DNA of 63,942 bases, the filler included, from Octopus bimaculoides (Eukaryota), in NCBI RefSeq assembly GCF_001194135.2. It is 6 parts of 6 records of this genome, joined end to end, with 100 filler letters (N's around TTAATTAATTAA, not from the genome) between each part and the next. Parts side by side here need not be neighbours in the genome. Positions count along the whole stretch, not along the records: positions 50,181 to 58,367 come from NC_068992.1; positions 58,468 to 63,942 come from NC_068989.1; 4 more parts are not named here. The stretch is one strand, 5' to 3'. The stretch's first letter is position 1. Every line of letters begins with the position of its first letter. A program made the translations under genes and the position numbers. This document shows, one piece after another, positions 51,815 through 63,942 of the stretch. Below the pieces are notes generated by a model. The model searched no databases and was not told the origin of the DNA. It was given only the letters and a program-made list of their open reading frames with translations.

Positions 51815-54262
51815 AGCAAAGAATCCGTCGGTATGAGAAACACCAGCGATTCTTTGAACTAAACAAACAGTTCAGCTCCAATCTAAAATGGTTCTACCGA
51901 GAACTTAATAGAGATCAATACTGCACCAACAGCAAAAGAGGAATAATTTGGAAAAGAAGTATAGTCGGCGAAGGAAAAAACCCAGAAAAGATCTATTAAA
52001 ACAACGAATACAACATCTGAAAAAATCTGGACACCTATAACAATGAAAGAGGTCACTCCGGCACTACAAAAGCTAAGCAACAGGAAAGCACCCGGGCACG
52101 GCAAGATCCACAATTTCTGCCTAAAATATTTAACACGAATACATAAGACGCTGGCCGAAAAATTCAATGAGATTCTAGCAGAGTCAGAGACAATAACCTT
52201 CATGGCTCACAGAAGAGAAAACCATCCTAATCCCCCAAATCCACTGGAACGATAAACTCACAAAACATCAGACCCATGACATATCTCCCTACAATTTACA
52301 AAACATTGACTGCAATAATATCGCAGAGAATGGGCAAACAACTGGAAGAAAACAATTTGTTTCCAGAAGAGCAGAAGGGATACTGCAAAGGCTCACACAG
52401 CTGTAAATATCAGTTATTGATCAATAAAGGTATAACTAAATACAAAGATAGCTGAAGGAAAAAGAAGGATCTAAGTATGGCTTGGATCGATTATCGAAAG
52501 GCTTTTAATAGTATTACCGACACATGGATCCTGGAAACTCTAGTCATTAATAAGATAGCACTAATTATAATAAAATATATAAAACATGTCATGAATAAAT
52601 GGCAACCAGTGCTGTAACTCGAGACAAAAGAATGACTCCATTAGCAGATAAAGATTAAAAGGAGACGCACTCTCTCCGCTCCTTTCCTCCCTGGCACTGA
52701 ACTTTTATCTGACATGCTAAACAGAACTGGATGTGGATACAACTGCTACGGTAAAAGAATCAACCAGCTCTTATATATGGATGATCTAAAACTGTATGCT
52801 ACAAATGACAAACAGTTGGAAACATTACTAATGATAGTTCATGGATTTAACAGAGAAATAAACACACTAGATAAAGGAAATGAAAAAGAGAATTTGACTA
52901 AAGCCAGACATACAAACACGAAGGAATCAATGGACTAGATACGATACAACACATACAAATGAAAGAGAAAGTAAGGAAGAAATACTGTAGACGAGTTAGA
53001 TAATACTTAAAACAGATCTCAATGTGAATAATAAAGTAATAAGTATTAATTGTCTTGTTGTCCCAGTTATAAGTTACAGGAATATAAAATCATGACGGAA
53101 TTTAAGATTCGCCACCCATAATCTAACATACAAAGATTATTTATACAATGAATTGAAAGTGATAGAGGCCTTTTACAACAGAAAACTACTATGAAATAAC
53201 CACCATAGAATTACAGAAATATCTAATTCAGAGACACGGAAAACTTGTACAAATGATCGTAAAACATGAACAAAACGAAAAAAAGTTTTATGTCTTTAAG
53301 GTAGCCGAAAAATGCCAGAAAGAAGTTATAATACTGACAACTATGAAGAAAAAGAGTAAAAAACAAAAGCTGTAAAGGAACTGAAATCTAAACCAAAACT
53401 GGAACAACAAAATACCAGGACAAAATGATAGTAAGAAAAACTCTTACATGGAAAATAATGGGATAGGCTAAGCAGAAAAGAAACAGACGAAGCAAAATCC
53501 AAACAATGATTGAGAAGCCCAGGACTCAAGGCAGAGATTAAATGTGTTTTAATTGCAGCACCATGTCAAAGCCATCCCGCCAGAAACCACCTGAAACACA
53601 TAATGAAGAAAAAATACAAGTAACTACAGAATATGTGATGGTGGGGTAGAAACAATAAATTATATTGTTTCTAGCTGCCCACTACTGGCTCAGAAGAAAT
53701 ATATCCACAGACATGACAGAGTTTGGGCCTATATACACCTGGAACCACGCCAACACTATGAAATGACAACAGAAAAAAGGTGGTATAAGGATATCCCAGA
53801 AAAGGTATCAGAAAATGTCAAAGCAACCATAATCTGGTATATACCAATATACATAGATAGAGAAATGAAGGTTAATAGACCGGATATAATTGTTATAGAT
53901 CACCAACAAAAAATGCCCTTTAATCTCATAATACAAAGAGAGAAAACTCGAATATGGAGTAAATAGAGAGAGAACCCGAATATGGAGCCTAAAACCAGAA
54001 ACAATCCCAATAATAATAGGTACATTAGGTATGATTAAAAAATATACAAATACATAACCAAAGGATCAGGGCTTATGAATATATATAACGTACAGATAAT
54101 AGCACTACAAGGGAACTTACACATCCTACGTAAATCACTTTCAGTACAGTGAAAAATAACAACACCAAAACATACCACAGCTCATACCCAAGGCACACAG
54201 AGCTGCGCTCCGTAGTGCAGTTAAAGCACGCGATAAAGGTAAGACAACTGCATAGTAGAAGT
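51815..54262 (+). mobile_element. R4/Dong-clade (RLE-type) non-LTR retrotransposon, 5'-truncated and decayed
   Basis: RIRRYEK..FYRELN, KAPGHGKIHNFCLK, LSMAWIDYRKAFNSI, INQLLYMDDLKLYA (RT), IHRHDRV and NRPDIIVID (restriction-like endonuclease). Followed by (AAT)n at 54265-54340. Confidence 0.85.
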
Positions 54263-54263
54263 A

Positions 54264-54341
<78 letters not shown>

Positions 54342-56934
54342 TCGCAGTGAATAGCAAATAGCTTAGATGTGTGAAAGCGAGCTGCCGCGAAGATACATCA
54401 AATCTGAAGCCATCACGAAGCAGGAATTAAGAATCCGCAAAAACAATGAAAGATATTTGGGCTTTTGGGGGGTATAAATACCCAAAACGGTACAAATGGG
54501 AAAATACTTCGAAAATAACTTAACCCTGAAAGGGAAGAAACTCTAACATTTCCATTAGACATATTATGATGGGCAAAGTATTTCTAAATGAAATTACTTT
54601 AAAAATACGGTAAATATTTCGTAAAAGACCCTTTCGTAAACTCGGTGTGAAATAATTTTTTTTTTCTCCATAGGTTTCTTTCAAGTGCATTCAACGTATC
54701 TCACCTCCAAAGATTTGGCTGCTATTTCTAGCACGCCATGCTACCATTTAACAGCTATTTACAAGAAAGGACCTGAAATACCTGTTAAGTGGTAGTCGCA
54801 GGGCGTGCAAGGAATAGCAGCCAGATCTTCCCTTTTCTGAGGAAAGGAGCAGTTTCCGCGTGATTTCGATCACAATCCTTGAAAGCATGCAAAATAACAT
54901 GGAAAAGAAAAAAAAACATGAAACAAAACTCTGTTGCTGAAAAACTCAGATTTTCCCAGTGACCTAACGGGTCACAGGTAGTCTAGTATATATATATATA
55001 TAAAAAATAGCCTCCCTCAGATGCGCCACCACAGCAACACGTGTCTGAAAATGTAAACACATGGACTGCAGTACTTCTGTACGAAAACTGAAAACCTATG
55101 AGTAAAATTTTAATTGCATATGCAACCACTTTCATCTGTTTATGACTTGCAACGTTTATATCATTAAAATCATTCCATATTTTTAACTTTCACTTCATTC
55201 CTTTTCATCGTTTTCCATTTTCTTTCTTACGTCCTTCACTTGCCATATTGGGTAGCTGGAAATCCGAAAATATTCTAGTTCTTTTGTATAAATATATTTT
55301 TGTATATCTGCCTCGTGGTGAATGTCAATAGAAATTAGGTTCTTAGAATGTACATTAAATTTTATTTCACCTGCGTGGTGCATACTGAGATTGGTAAGTG
55401 CAAATATAGAAATAATAACGCTAAAAACACAATTATACGTATCTATCTGCCTATCTACAAACACACACTTTCGATATTTTTTCTTTTAGTCATTGAACTT
55501 CGGCAAAGCCTGAGGTACTGTCTTGAACAAATCAACCTTAGTATTTATTTTTATAAAAGTCTGGTACATATTCTATTGGTCCCTTTTGCCGAGGCGCTAG
55601 GTTACGGGGCTGTAAAAATACTAACACTGGTTATCAAGTAGTGGAGTGATAAAATACAAAGACATACACGCACATATATACGCATATGTACAACGGATTG
55701 CCACATAGCTTTTTCGACCAAATTCACTCACAAAGCATTGGTCGGCCCAGGCTATACTTGAAGACACTTGCCTAAACTGTCATGCAGTGGCACTAAACCG
55801 CAACAATGTGGTTGCAAATCGAAGTTCTCAACCGCACTGCCATGCCTGCGTATTTATACATATGCATTTACATACGCAAATATCCATATATGTGCTTATA
55901 TCTATACACAAGCTTACATACGTACATATGAGTACACAGATATGTGTATAAAACTAATCTATGTAAGGTTGCAGAGAAATGAGCACCTTGGTATTAGCCA
56001 TTCAACCATAAGGTTGAAATGAATTTATATTCTCTTATTCAAACTGATTCATTCACATGAGCGTGATAATAAAACACAAATATAAATATTTCATTCATTG
56101 TCAACCATAGTCCTAGAAAACACAACGTCGGCAAACGTTACCTTCCAATTCTATATCAATCATCAAATTTCTAACAAATATTTAAAGAAGCACAAACTAC
56201 CAACCGCTAAAGGCAACTTCCCAACCTTGAAAGACTCAACAATAGTGAAATTTATATCGAAGAAAGAAATCTTGCGGGTAACAAACTGTGGAGACCCCTT
56301 TGTGAGGCGTGTGAAATAATTGAACAAGGAACAATCAAAAGATTCGAGAATGGGAAGGAATTGAAGGTGAATGCAACCATAAATTCCAAAACGTATAAAA
56401 GAAAATAATCAACTACGAAAATCAGAAAAAGAATATTCTTTAGGAATCCTAAATCCTAAACTAAACCGGAAATAGTCAAAAGTATGACTAAAATCAAGTT
56501 CCTCTTTACAGATTACTCCATAACATGTTAACTTGAAAAGTTGAACAACGAAAACTTGATTCAAAAATATTCGTGTCATTGTGCTTTTTAATATTTTCTA
56601 GTTAAATATATCTGATATGATATAATATTTCGGAATATAAAAATTCCTAGCGATATCTGAAGAAGGAATTTTTATATTCAGACTATGAATAATTAAATTA
56701 TAACAGTTATTATACTCACTCTGCATTGTTGTGCCATTCAAGACACGTTATATTTCACAAACAATGCACAATGCTTCAATACTCTCCTATCTCTAGTTAA
56801 TAGCTTTTATGCAAATCTTTAGAGAGAGAGAGAGGGAGAGAGAGTGACAGAGACAGACAGACAGACGGTCAAACGATGGAAGGGCGGACGGGCGGCTGGA
56901 CAGGCAGATGGTGGACGGACGGGTAAACAGACGC

Positions 56935-57009
<75 letters not shown>

Positions 57010-58476
57010 CCTGTTATAATGTACTCTTGTAGTTTTGTCTGGAAATTACATCAAAGATTGATTCATTCTAATGGCTGAAAGCAGAGAAACTAAAAAAGAT
57101 TTGAAACACTTCTCATTCGAAGTAAGTAAAAAATATTCAACTCACGAACTCCAATTTTCAAAAAAAATTAATAAAGGAAGTCAAGAGCTAGAGACGGGCA
57201 CTTACTATAAACCAACGGAGTCTATTCAATTCATGCCATCCATTCAATTCACACCAGTATAAATGTCCCAAGTAACCTAGCCAAAAAGATTTGTAACAAA
57301 GTGCCTGAAGCAAATATCCGCAGTGAAGGAATTATCTTCCGTTCTTAATTAATAACTGTGTACAATGAGACAAGGAATTCAGTATCCGGGAAATAAGACA
57401 AACAAACAAACAAAAAGAAATCAAATGAAGCTTCATTTGCAATTCCTAATACAAAGCCCTCTGCAACGTCATATTCCAAAACATACGTATACTGAAAATA
57501 GACCCCAGGCTGAAGCAAATTCTCCAAAAAATACCATCAGGAAGCCTAGTGAATGAAAAAGTAAAGGTTAAACTTCATAAAATAACAAAGCAAATAGTAA
57601 AAAGTTCACAAGATCCAACTATGCTATGTCTTTTTATCTCACAGAAGAAGCAGAAGTCTGTTTCAAACAAGGACAACCTTTCTCAATAGAAAATGACTTC
57701 TTTCACGTGTGCATCTCAAAGCCTTATCGATGCAATGACATGATACAGGTATAGAGAACATTTACATTGGACCGACAGAAGGAACCTTACGACAAAACAT
57801 GACACTCTCCAACTATGCGTCACTCACATGTAGCCTAGATACCACACATCTAAGTTGTGTTGCTTCCATAAACAATGAACTTAACATAATTTTTCAGTAG
57901 GACGAAGCCTTGTTCCGTTTAACAGCGAAAAGTGTTCAAACAATATTCGTATCAAGGAAACACCGCTGCATTACACTTTGAATCACACGAATGACATGAA
58001 AAACACTCATTATTATCTCTTGACTATGTAACCAAAGGTTCGAAATACTGGAATCTTTCAGCCTGTGTCCGTCTGCGGTAATGATGTCTCTTTGGAGTCT
58101 GATAAAGAGAAGGTTTCTCTTTTGCTCAAGTGTAAATCAATCTGTGCAGCTGTAATTTCCACACTTTACTAATTAATTCACTTTATTCAAGAAGATCAAA
58201 TTCTAGAAAGAATACTAACAACGGAAACATTTTTAAAAGGCCTTCGATACGATTCATTTTCATAACTAATGCAGATTAAACGAGTACTTTGAGTTACTGT
58301 AGACTATATTGAAGAAATTTACAATTTTCCGTATATATTTGATTACATATATATATATATATATATANNNNNNNNNNNNNNNNNNNNNNNNNNNNNNNNN
58401 NNNNNNNNNNNTTAATTAATTAANNNNNNNNNNNNNNNNNNNNNNNNNNNNNNNNNNNNNNNNNNNNTATATATAT

Positions 58477-58550
<74 letters not shown>

Positions 58551-59669
58551 CATTTCGAAGTAAGTTTTATCTTAATCCTGATGCGACAATATTCTAATAT
58601 TCTATCACTCTCTACTTCTCTCTCTTCCTCTTTCTATATTCTTTTTTCTCTCACTCATCCTTTCTCTAATTCTTTTCCCCCCTGCTTCACTTTTCTCTAT
58701 CTGTCCCTCTCTTTCCCTCACTCTTCCTCCTTGACTCTCTCGTCACTCACACGTGACCAGCGGCCATCTTCTTCTAACTCGAATTTCTTTCTTTTCGTTC
58801 AACTACAGGGATAGCACACATTTTTGTCTGTCTCCTCTCAAAGCTTGTTTCTCCAGGGTTCACCACTTCACCTCGTTATGGCTTAACAGCCCTTACCGTT
58901 TTCACTGTCCTGTTTTTGTTACCAATTTTGACCTTCTGCAAATCCCAAATTTTATTTAATTTGCTTTGCAGGAGCAACTGTTGTGACGAAGACGCATCTT
59001 GTCCTAAAGGTTCGAAATACGGAGTAGATAAAACAAGGGACAACTGATGAGGGGATAGTTCTTTATGTTGCCTGTTTTGTTTTTCTATTTGTTTCTTTCG
59101 TTGTTCGCAGAATAAGTTCGTTTTTGGATTTCATGTTCTCGTTTTCTTCATCGAAGGAAGATCCATTCCCTGTACTCCTTCCGCCTTTGTCTGTCCCTGG
59201 CCAGCCATGACCGTGTAAGCCCCAGGGAGCAAGTGGGGTCATCTCACCATTTTGACTGTGATCGCTCACAACGATTTGATTGGCCTAAGGCTATAGGAGA
59301 AGGCAGTGGAATTGAACCCAGAACCATGTGGTTGAGAAACATGCTTCTTATCACAGTCAGCCTGCGGCATTAATGCCTAGATTTCAGTTGCGTTGTAGGT
59401 AGGATAGTCAAAAACAAGGACGAGGTTAGACAATTACAGTAACTCAATGCTCAACTGATATTATTTTACCGGCCCTAAAAGGGTGGACAGCAAAGTTAAC
59501 CTTCACGGAATTTGAACTCAGAAGTTAAAGACGGTTGATATGCAGCTAAGCATTTTAACCGGCACATTAACGGTTTTGCCAGCTCGTCGCCTCGTAATAA
59601 TAATACCCAAGGCACACAGAGCTGCGCTCGATAGTGAAGTGAAAGCACGTTACAAAAATAAAACTACTG

Positions 59670-59732
<63 letters not shown>

Positions 59733-60089
59733 CATAATAACAATAAAAACAACAACAACAGCAATAAATATAATGATTGGCTTTGATTTCGGCTCAAGGA
59801 TTGTAATTTTGGGGACAGATTGTTTATCGATATAATCGAAGTTTGTATCTGAGTGATAACTAAAGCAAAGTTTATCCCAGGGAGATTTGAACTCAGACTG
59901 TAATGGAACCGGAACAAATATTTCAGAGATGTTTCCACTACTCTGTATTGCCGCATTCCATAGGCTCCACCAATGTGTCAAGTGAATGCCCTCACTGTAC
60001 TAAATACCACAAAACCACAAGAAAGCTACCTTCCGGAAGTCACTCGTCACAAAGCGGTCGATTGTGTCGCTTGCAAAGAATTTCTCTCT

Positions 60090-60142
<53 letters not shown>

Positions 60143-60210
60143 NNNNNNNNNNATATATATATACGTATGTGTGTGGGTGTGTGTGTATGTATGTGTATGT
60201 ATATATATAC

Positions 60211-60259
<49 letters not shown>

Positions 60260-60530
60260 ATGAAGTTGGATTGTTTGTTCATGAATGCATAATTACAGTA
60301 TTTATAAGATGGCACTTCTTAAAGAATTTTTGTTAGATCACACGTGTGTGCATGTGTGTGTGTGTGTGTGTGAATGTGTGTGTTCTGAAATGTATATTCA
60401 TATATATCCGTGTATGTGTGAAACTAAAGGTATATATATATATATTAAATGACTTTTGATAGATTTCTATCACCGCTTTAGGAAATAGGTGATGCTCCAC
60501 ATTTTTTAGTGATTTTTTCATATGTTTGTG

Positions 60531-60671
<141 letters not shown>

Positions 60672-60679
60672 ATAGATAA

Positions 60680-60734
<55 letters not shown>

Positions 60735-62681
60735 TAGATAGATAGGAAAGACATCCAAGTGTAGAAACATTGCCAGATCAGATAGGGGCCTGGTGCAGCC
60801 GCTGTCTTTCCAGAACTCAGTCAAACCGTCCAACCCATGCCAGCATAGAAAACAAACGTTAAATGACGATGATGATGATAATGATGAATCATATATTTCT
60901 ATATCTCTACACATATGTGCACCAATATGGATACATGTGATTTATGTAAGTCTAAGTTATGTTAAAGAGACGACTATGCACGAGTTAAATGGGTTTTATG
61001 ATTGATTTTCACATTTCTACCGTTTGTTTAGAATAGGACAACAATGTACGCGAGTCGATTAAAGTTTAAAAACTATAAAAGCCCCATTGCTTGAATGAAA
61101 TTATGCCAACAGCGAATTGCTCCCGCGTTTTACAGTAGGCAGCAAATGATCATGGGAACAATATTTAATCTCATAAAAAGCCTTAAACTAATTAGAAATA
61201 ATTCAATAGCTAACTCCTGGTATTTTTGTGCTTTTTTCCCTTGTCTATAAGAAATTTTGTTATATTGATGTATTTTTAAAGCGGTGAGTTGGCAGAATTT
61301 TGACCGCGCCGGAGAAAATACTTAACCACATTAATTCCGACATTACGTTTGAGTTCAAATACCAACGCGTTCGATAAGATACAATTGAGCACCAGGCTCG
61401 ACGTAAATCAACTTAACCCCCTCAGACGAACTTGCTGGCATTGTGCCAAAATTTGAAACCAATATATTATTAATACATTAAATAAACACACGCACGCATC
61501 TTAGTTCGTCTGCCGTTACGTTCTGAGTTAAAATTCCGCCGACTTTGCCTTTCATCCTTTCGGGGTCGATAAATTAAGTACTAGTTACGTAGTGGGTTCG
61601 ATATAATCGACTTAATTCCTTTGTCTGTCCTTCTTTGTCCCCTCTGTGTTTAGCCCCTTGTGGGCAATAAAGAAATAAGAAATACCACTCATTATTATGG
61701 TCTCTGGGTTCTTGCCGCACCATTCGTACGGCGAAATACAAACGTGAGCTTCGTTTTCCAATCATCCATTCACTCAGGCGATTGACACAAGATCTACACA
61801 CTACATGAGGCGCCTATTTCTTGTCTTGGTCTCCTAACGGGATTTTNNNNNNNNNNNNNNNNNNNNNNNNNNNNNNNNNNNNNNNNNNNNNNNNNNNNNN
61901 NNNNNNNNNNNNNNNNNNNNNNNNNNNNNNNNNNNNNNNNNNNNNNNNNNNNNNNNNNNNNNNNNNNNNNNNNNNNNNNNNNNNNNNNNNNNNNNNNNNN
62001 NNNNNNNNNNNNNNNNNNNNNNNNNNNNNNNNNNNNNNNNNNNNNNNNNNNNNNNNNNNNNNNNNNNNNNNNNNNNNNNNNNNNNNNNNNNNNNNNNNNN
62101 NNNNNNNNNNNNNNNNNNNNNNNNNNNNNNNNNNNNNNNNNNNNNNNNNNNNNNNNNNNNNNNNNNNNNNNNNNNNNNNNNNNNNNNNNNNNNNNNNNNN
62201 NNNNNNNNNNNNNNNNNNNNNNNNNNNNNNNNNNNNNNNNNNNNNNNNNNNNNNNNNNNNNNNNNNNNNNNNNNNNNNNNNNNNNNNNNNNNNNNNNNNN
62301 NNNNNNNNNNNNNNNNNNNNNNNNNNNNNNNNNNNNNNNNNNNNNNNNNNNNNNNNNNNNNNNNNNNNNNNNNNNNNNNNNNNNNNNNNNNNNNNNNNNN
62401 NNNNNNNNNNNNNNNNNNNNNNNNNNNNNNNNNNNNNNNNNNNNNNNNNNNNNNNNNNNNNNNNNNNNNNNNNNNNNNNNNNNTAGTTTAATGCAATATT
62501 GTATAGAATGGTGTGTCTTCGGATATATTCTTAATGGAATATATTGGACCAACGTATAGAATTTATTTCCAAAACGTTGCTTTGATACAAGAATTAAATC
62601 AAAAGCCCGCTTGCTTGAAAGCTGAACGATTTAAATATTGTTTGTGTCTGAACGTGCGTTTGTTTCAACGTGCGTGCGTGC

Positions 62682-62720
<39 letters not shown>

Positions 62721-63339
62721 GGAGAGAGGATATGTGTGCTTGTGTTGGTTTGTTTATTTTTCGTTTTGTGTGTGTTTGTGTGTGTGAGCAGGCGTGTTTC
62801 CTCTTCTTTGTTATTTCTTTGTGTGCGGCCCAGCTTGTGCGTTCCGGCGAATATGCTTGCATGTGTACATGTGTACGCGTGTGCATGTATGTGGGCGAGG
62901 TGTGTATACGCGTGTATGTATATGTGCATCATTTAGTGTGATTGGATGTATGTATTTCTTTTGTTTCCTGTTTGTATATATCCGTTTGTCTGCGTCTTTG
63001 TGTGTTTTTATGACATTATTTACTGATAAGATGTAATGTATATATTCACACATTTATGCCTATCAATGTGTGTATACATAACATTCATGTACACATATTT
63101 ACATATATAAACAAATATATACATACATGCATGCATGTCTATATGCAGTCATATTTCAAAGGCAAATCGTACCACACAGAAGAAACCGCGCAGATCATGT
63201 ATGCAACTATATAACTTGAAATATATACGCACATATATACACAAATGTACAGAGGTACAGAAAAACATAAACGATACAAAAATCCTTCAGGCTTAGGGGG
63301 GAATATGCGCGCGCGCGTGTGTTTTTGTGTTTGTGTGTG

Positions 63340-63385
<46 letters not shown>

Positions 63386-63843
63386 CAGACTCAGAGAAAG
63401 CACACACACACACATATACGTATATATATATAAATATATACATCCATACACACGCACACATATATGTATGTGTGTATCTATCTATGTATATATATATATA
63501 TATATATATATNNNNNNNNNNTATATATATAAAGATAAATAGATATACATATACACAAACGCACAGACACATGTAAGTATGTATATGAATATATAGACAG
63601 GCACAGACATACGCACATTCGTCGATTCAAAACCCACACATGAGCAAATTTTGGCACACGTGACCCTTTCATAAATCATTGACATGGATTATAAAAGACT
63701 TAGAGGCTAATATGGCGTAACGTCGGAACTAAAGCATGCTCTTCCTACTTACATAGATTCATACGCTTGCCTGCTCTGATTAAACCGACATTCACTCCAC
63801 ACAGTATACACCATAGACAAATATTGCTCCGACTCTATGTAAG

Positions 63844-63942
<99 letters not shown>

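Overview
Eukaryotic, AT-rich, microsatellite- and SINE-dense genomic DNA. The repeat families point to an octopod cephalopod, probably Octopus (inference). The window is a chain of contigs joined by five 100-bp N/TTAATTAATTAA/N spacers. Two intron-rich genes are supported by phase-compatible exons. (1) The 3' seven exons of tomosyn/STXBP5 on the minus strand (14028 to 1313), ending in the R-SNARE tail KYKDKKWYQF*. (2) A divergent Na+/K+-ATPase beta-subunit-like gene on the plus strand (about 33958-44364), one exon of which lies in an ~850-bp intragenic duplication whose second copy carries a stop codon. The rest is mobile DNA: a Penelope-like element (RT plus GIY-YIG), RTE, L1/Tx1, CR1 and R4/Dong LINE relics, Tc1/pogo and piggyBac-like MITEs, many tRNA-derived SINEs and a 62-bp minisatellite. 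The most notable non-coding signals are three separate minimal type I hammerhead ribozyme motifs, a zero-spacer palindrome of two tRNA-like SINE heads, an (AAT)n-targeting retroelement cluster, and a CpG-depletion pattern that tracks the two gene bodies. Nothing here is prokaryotic, and no CRISPR array is present.
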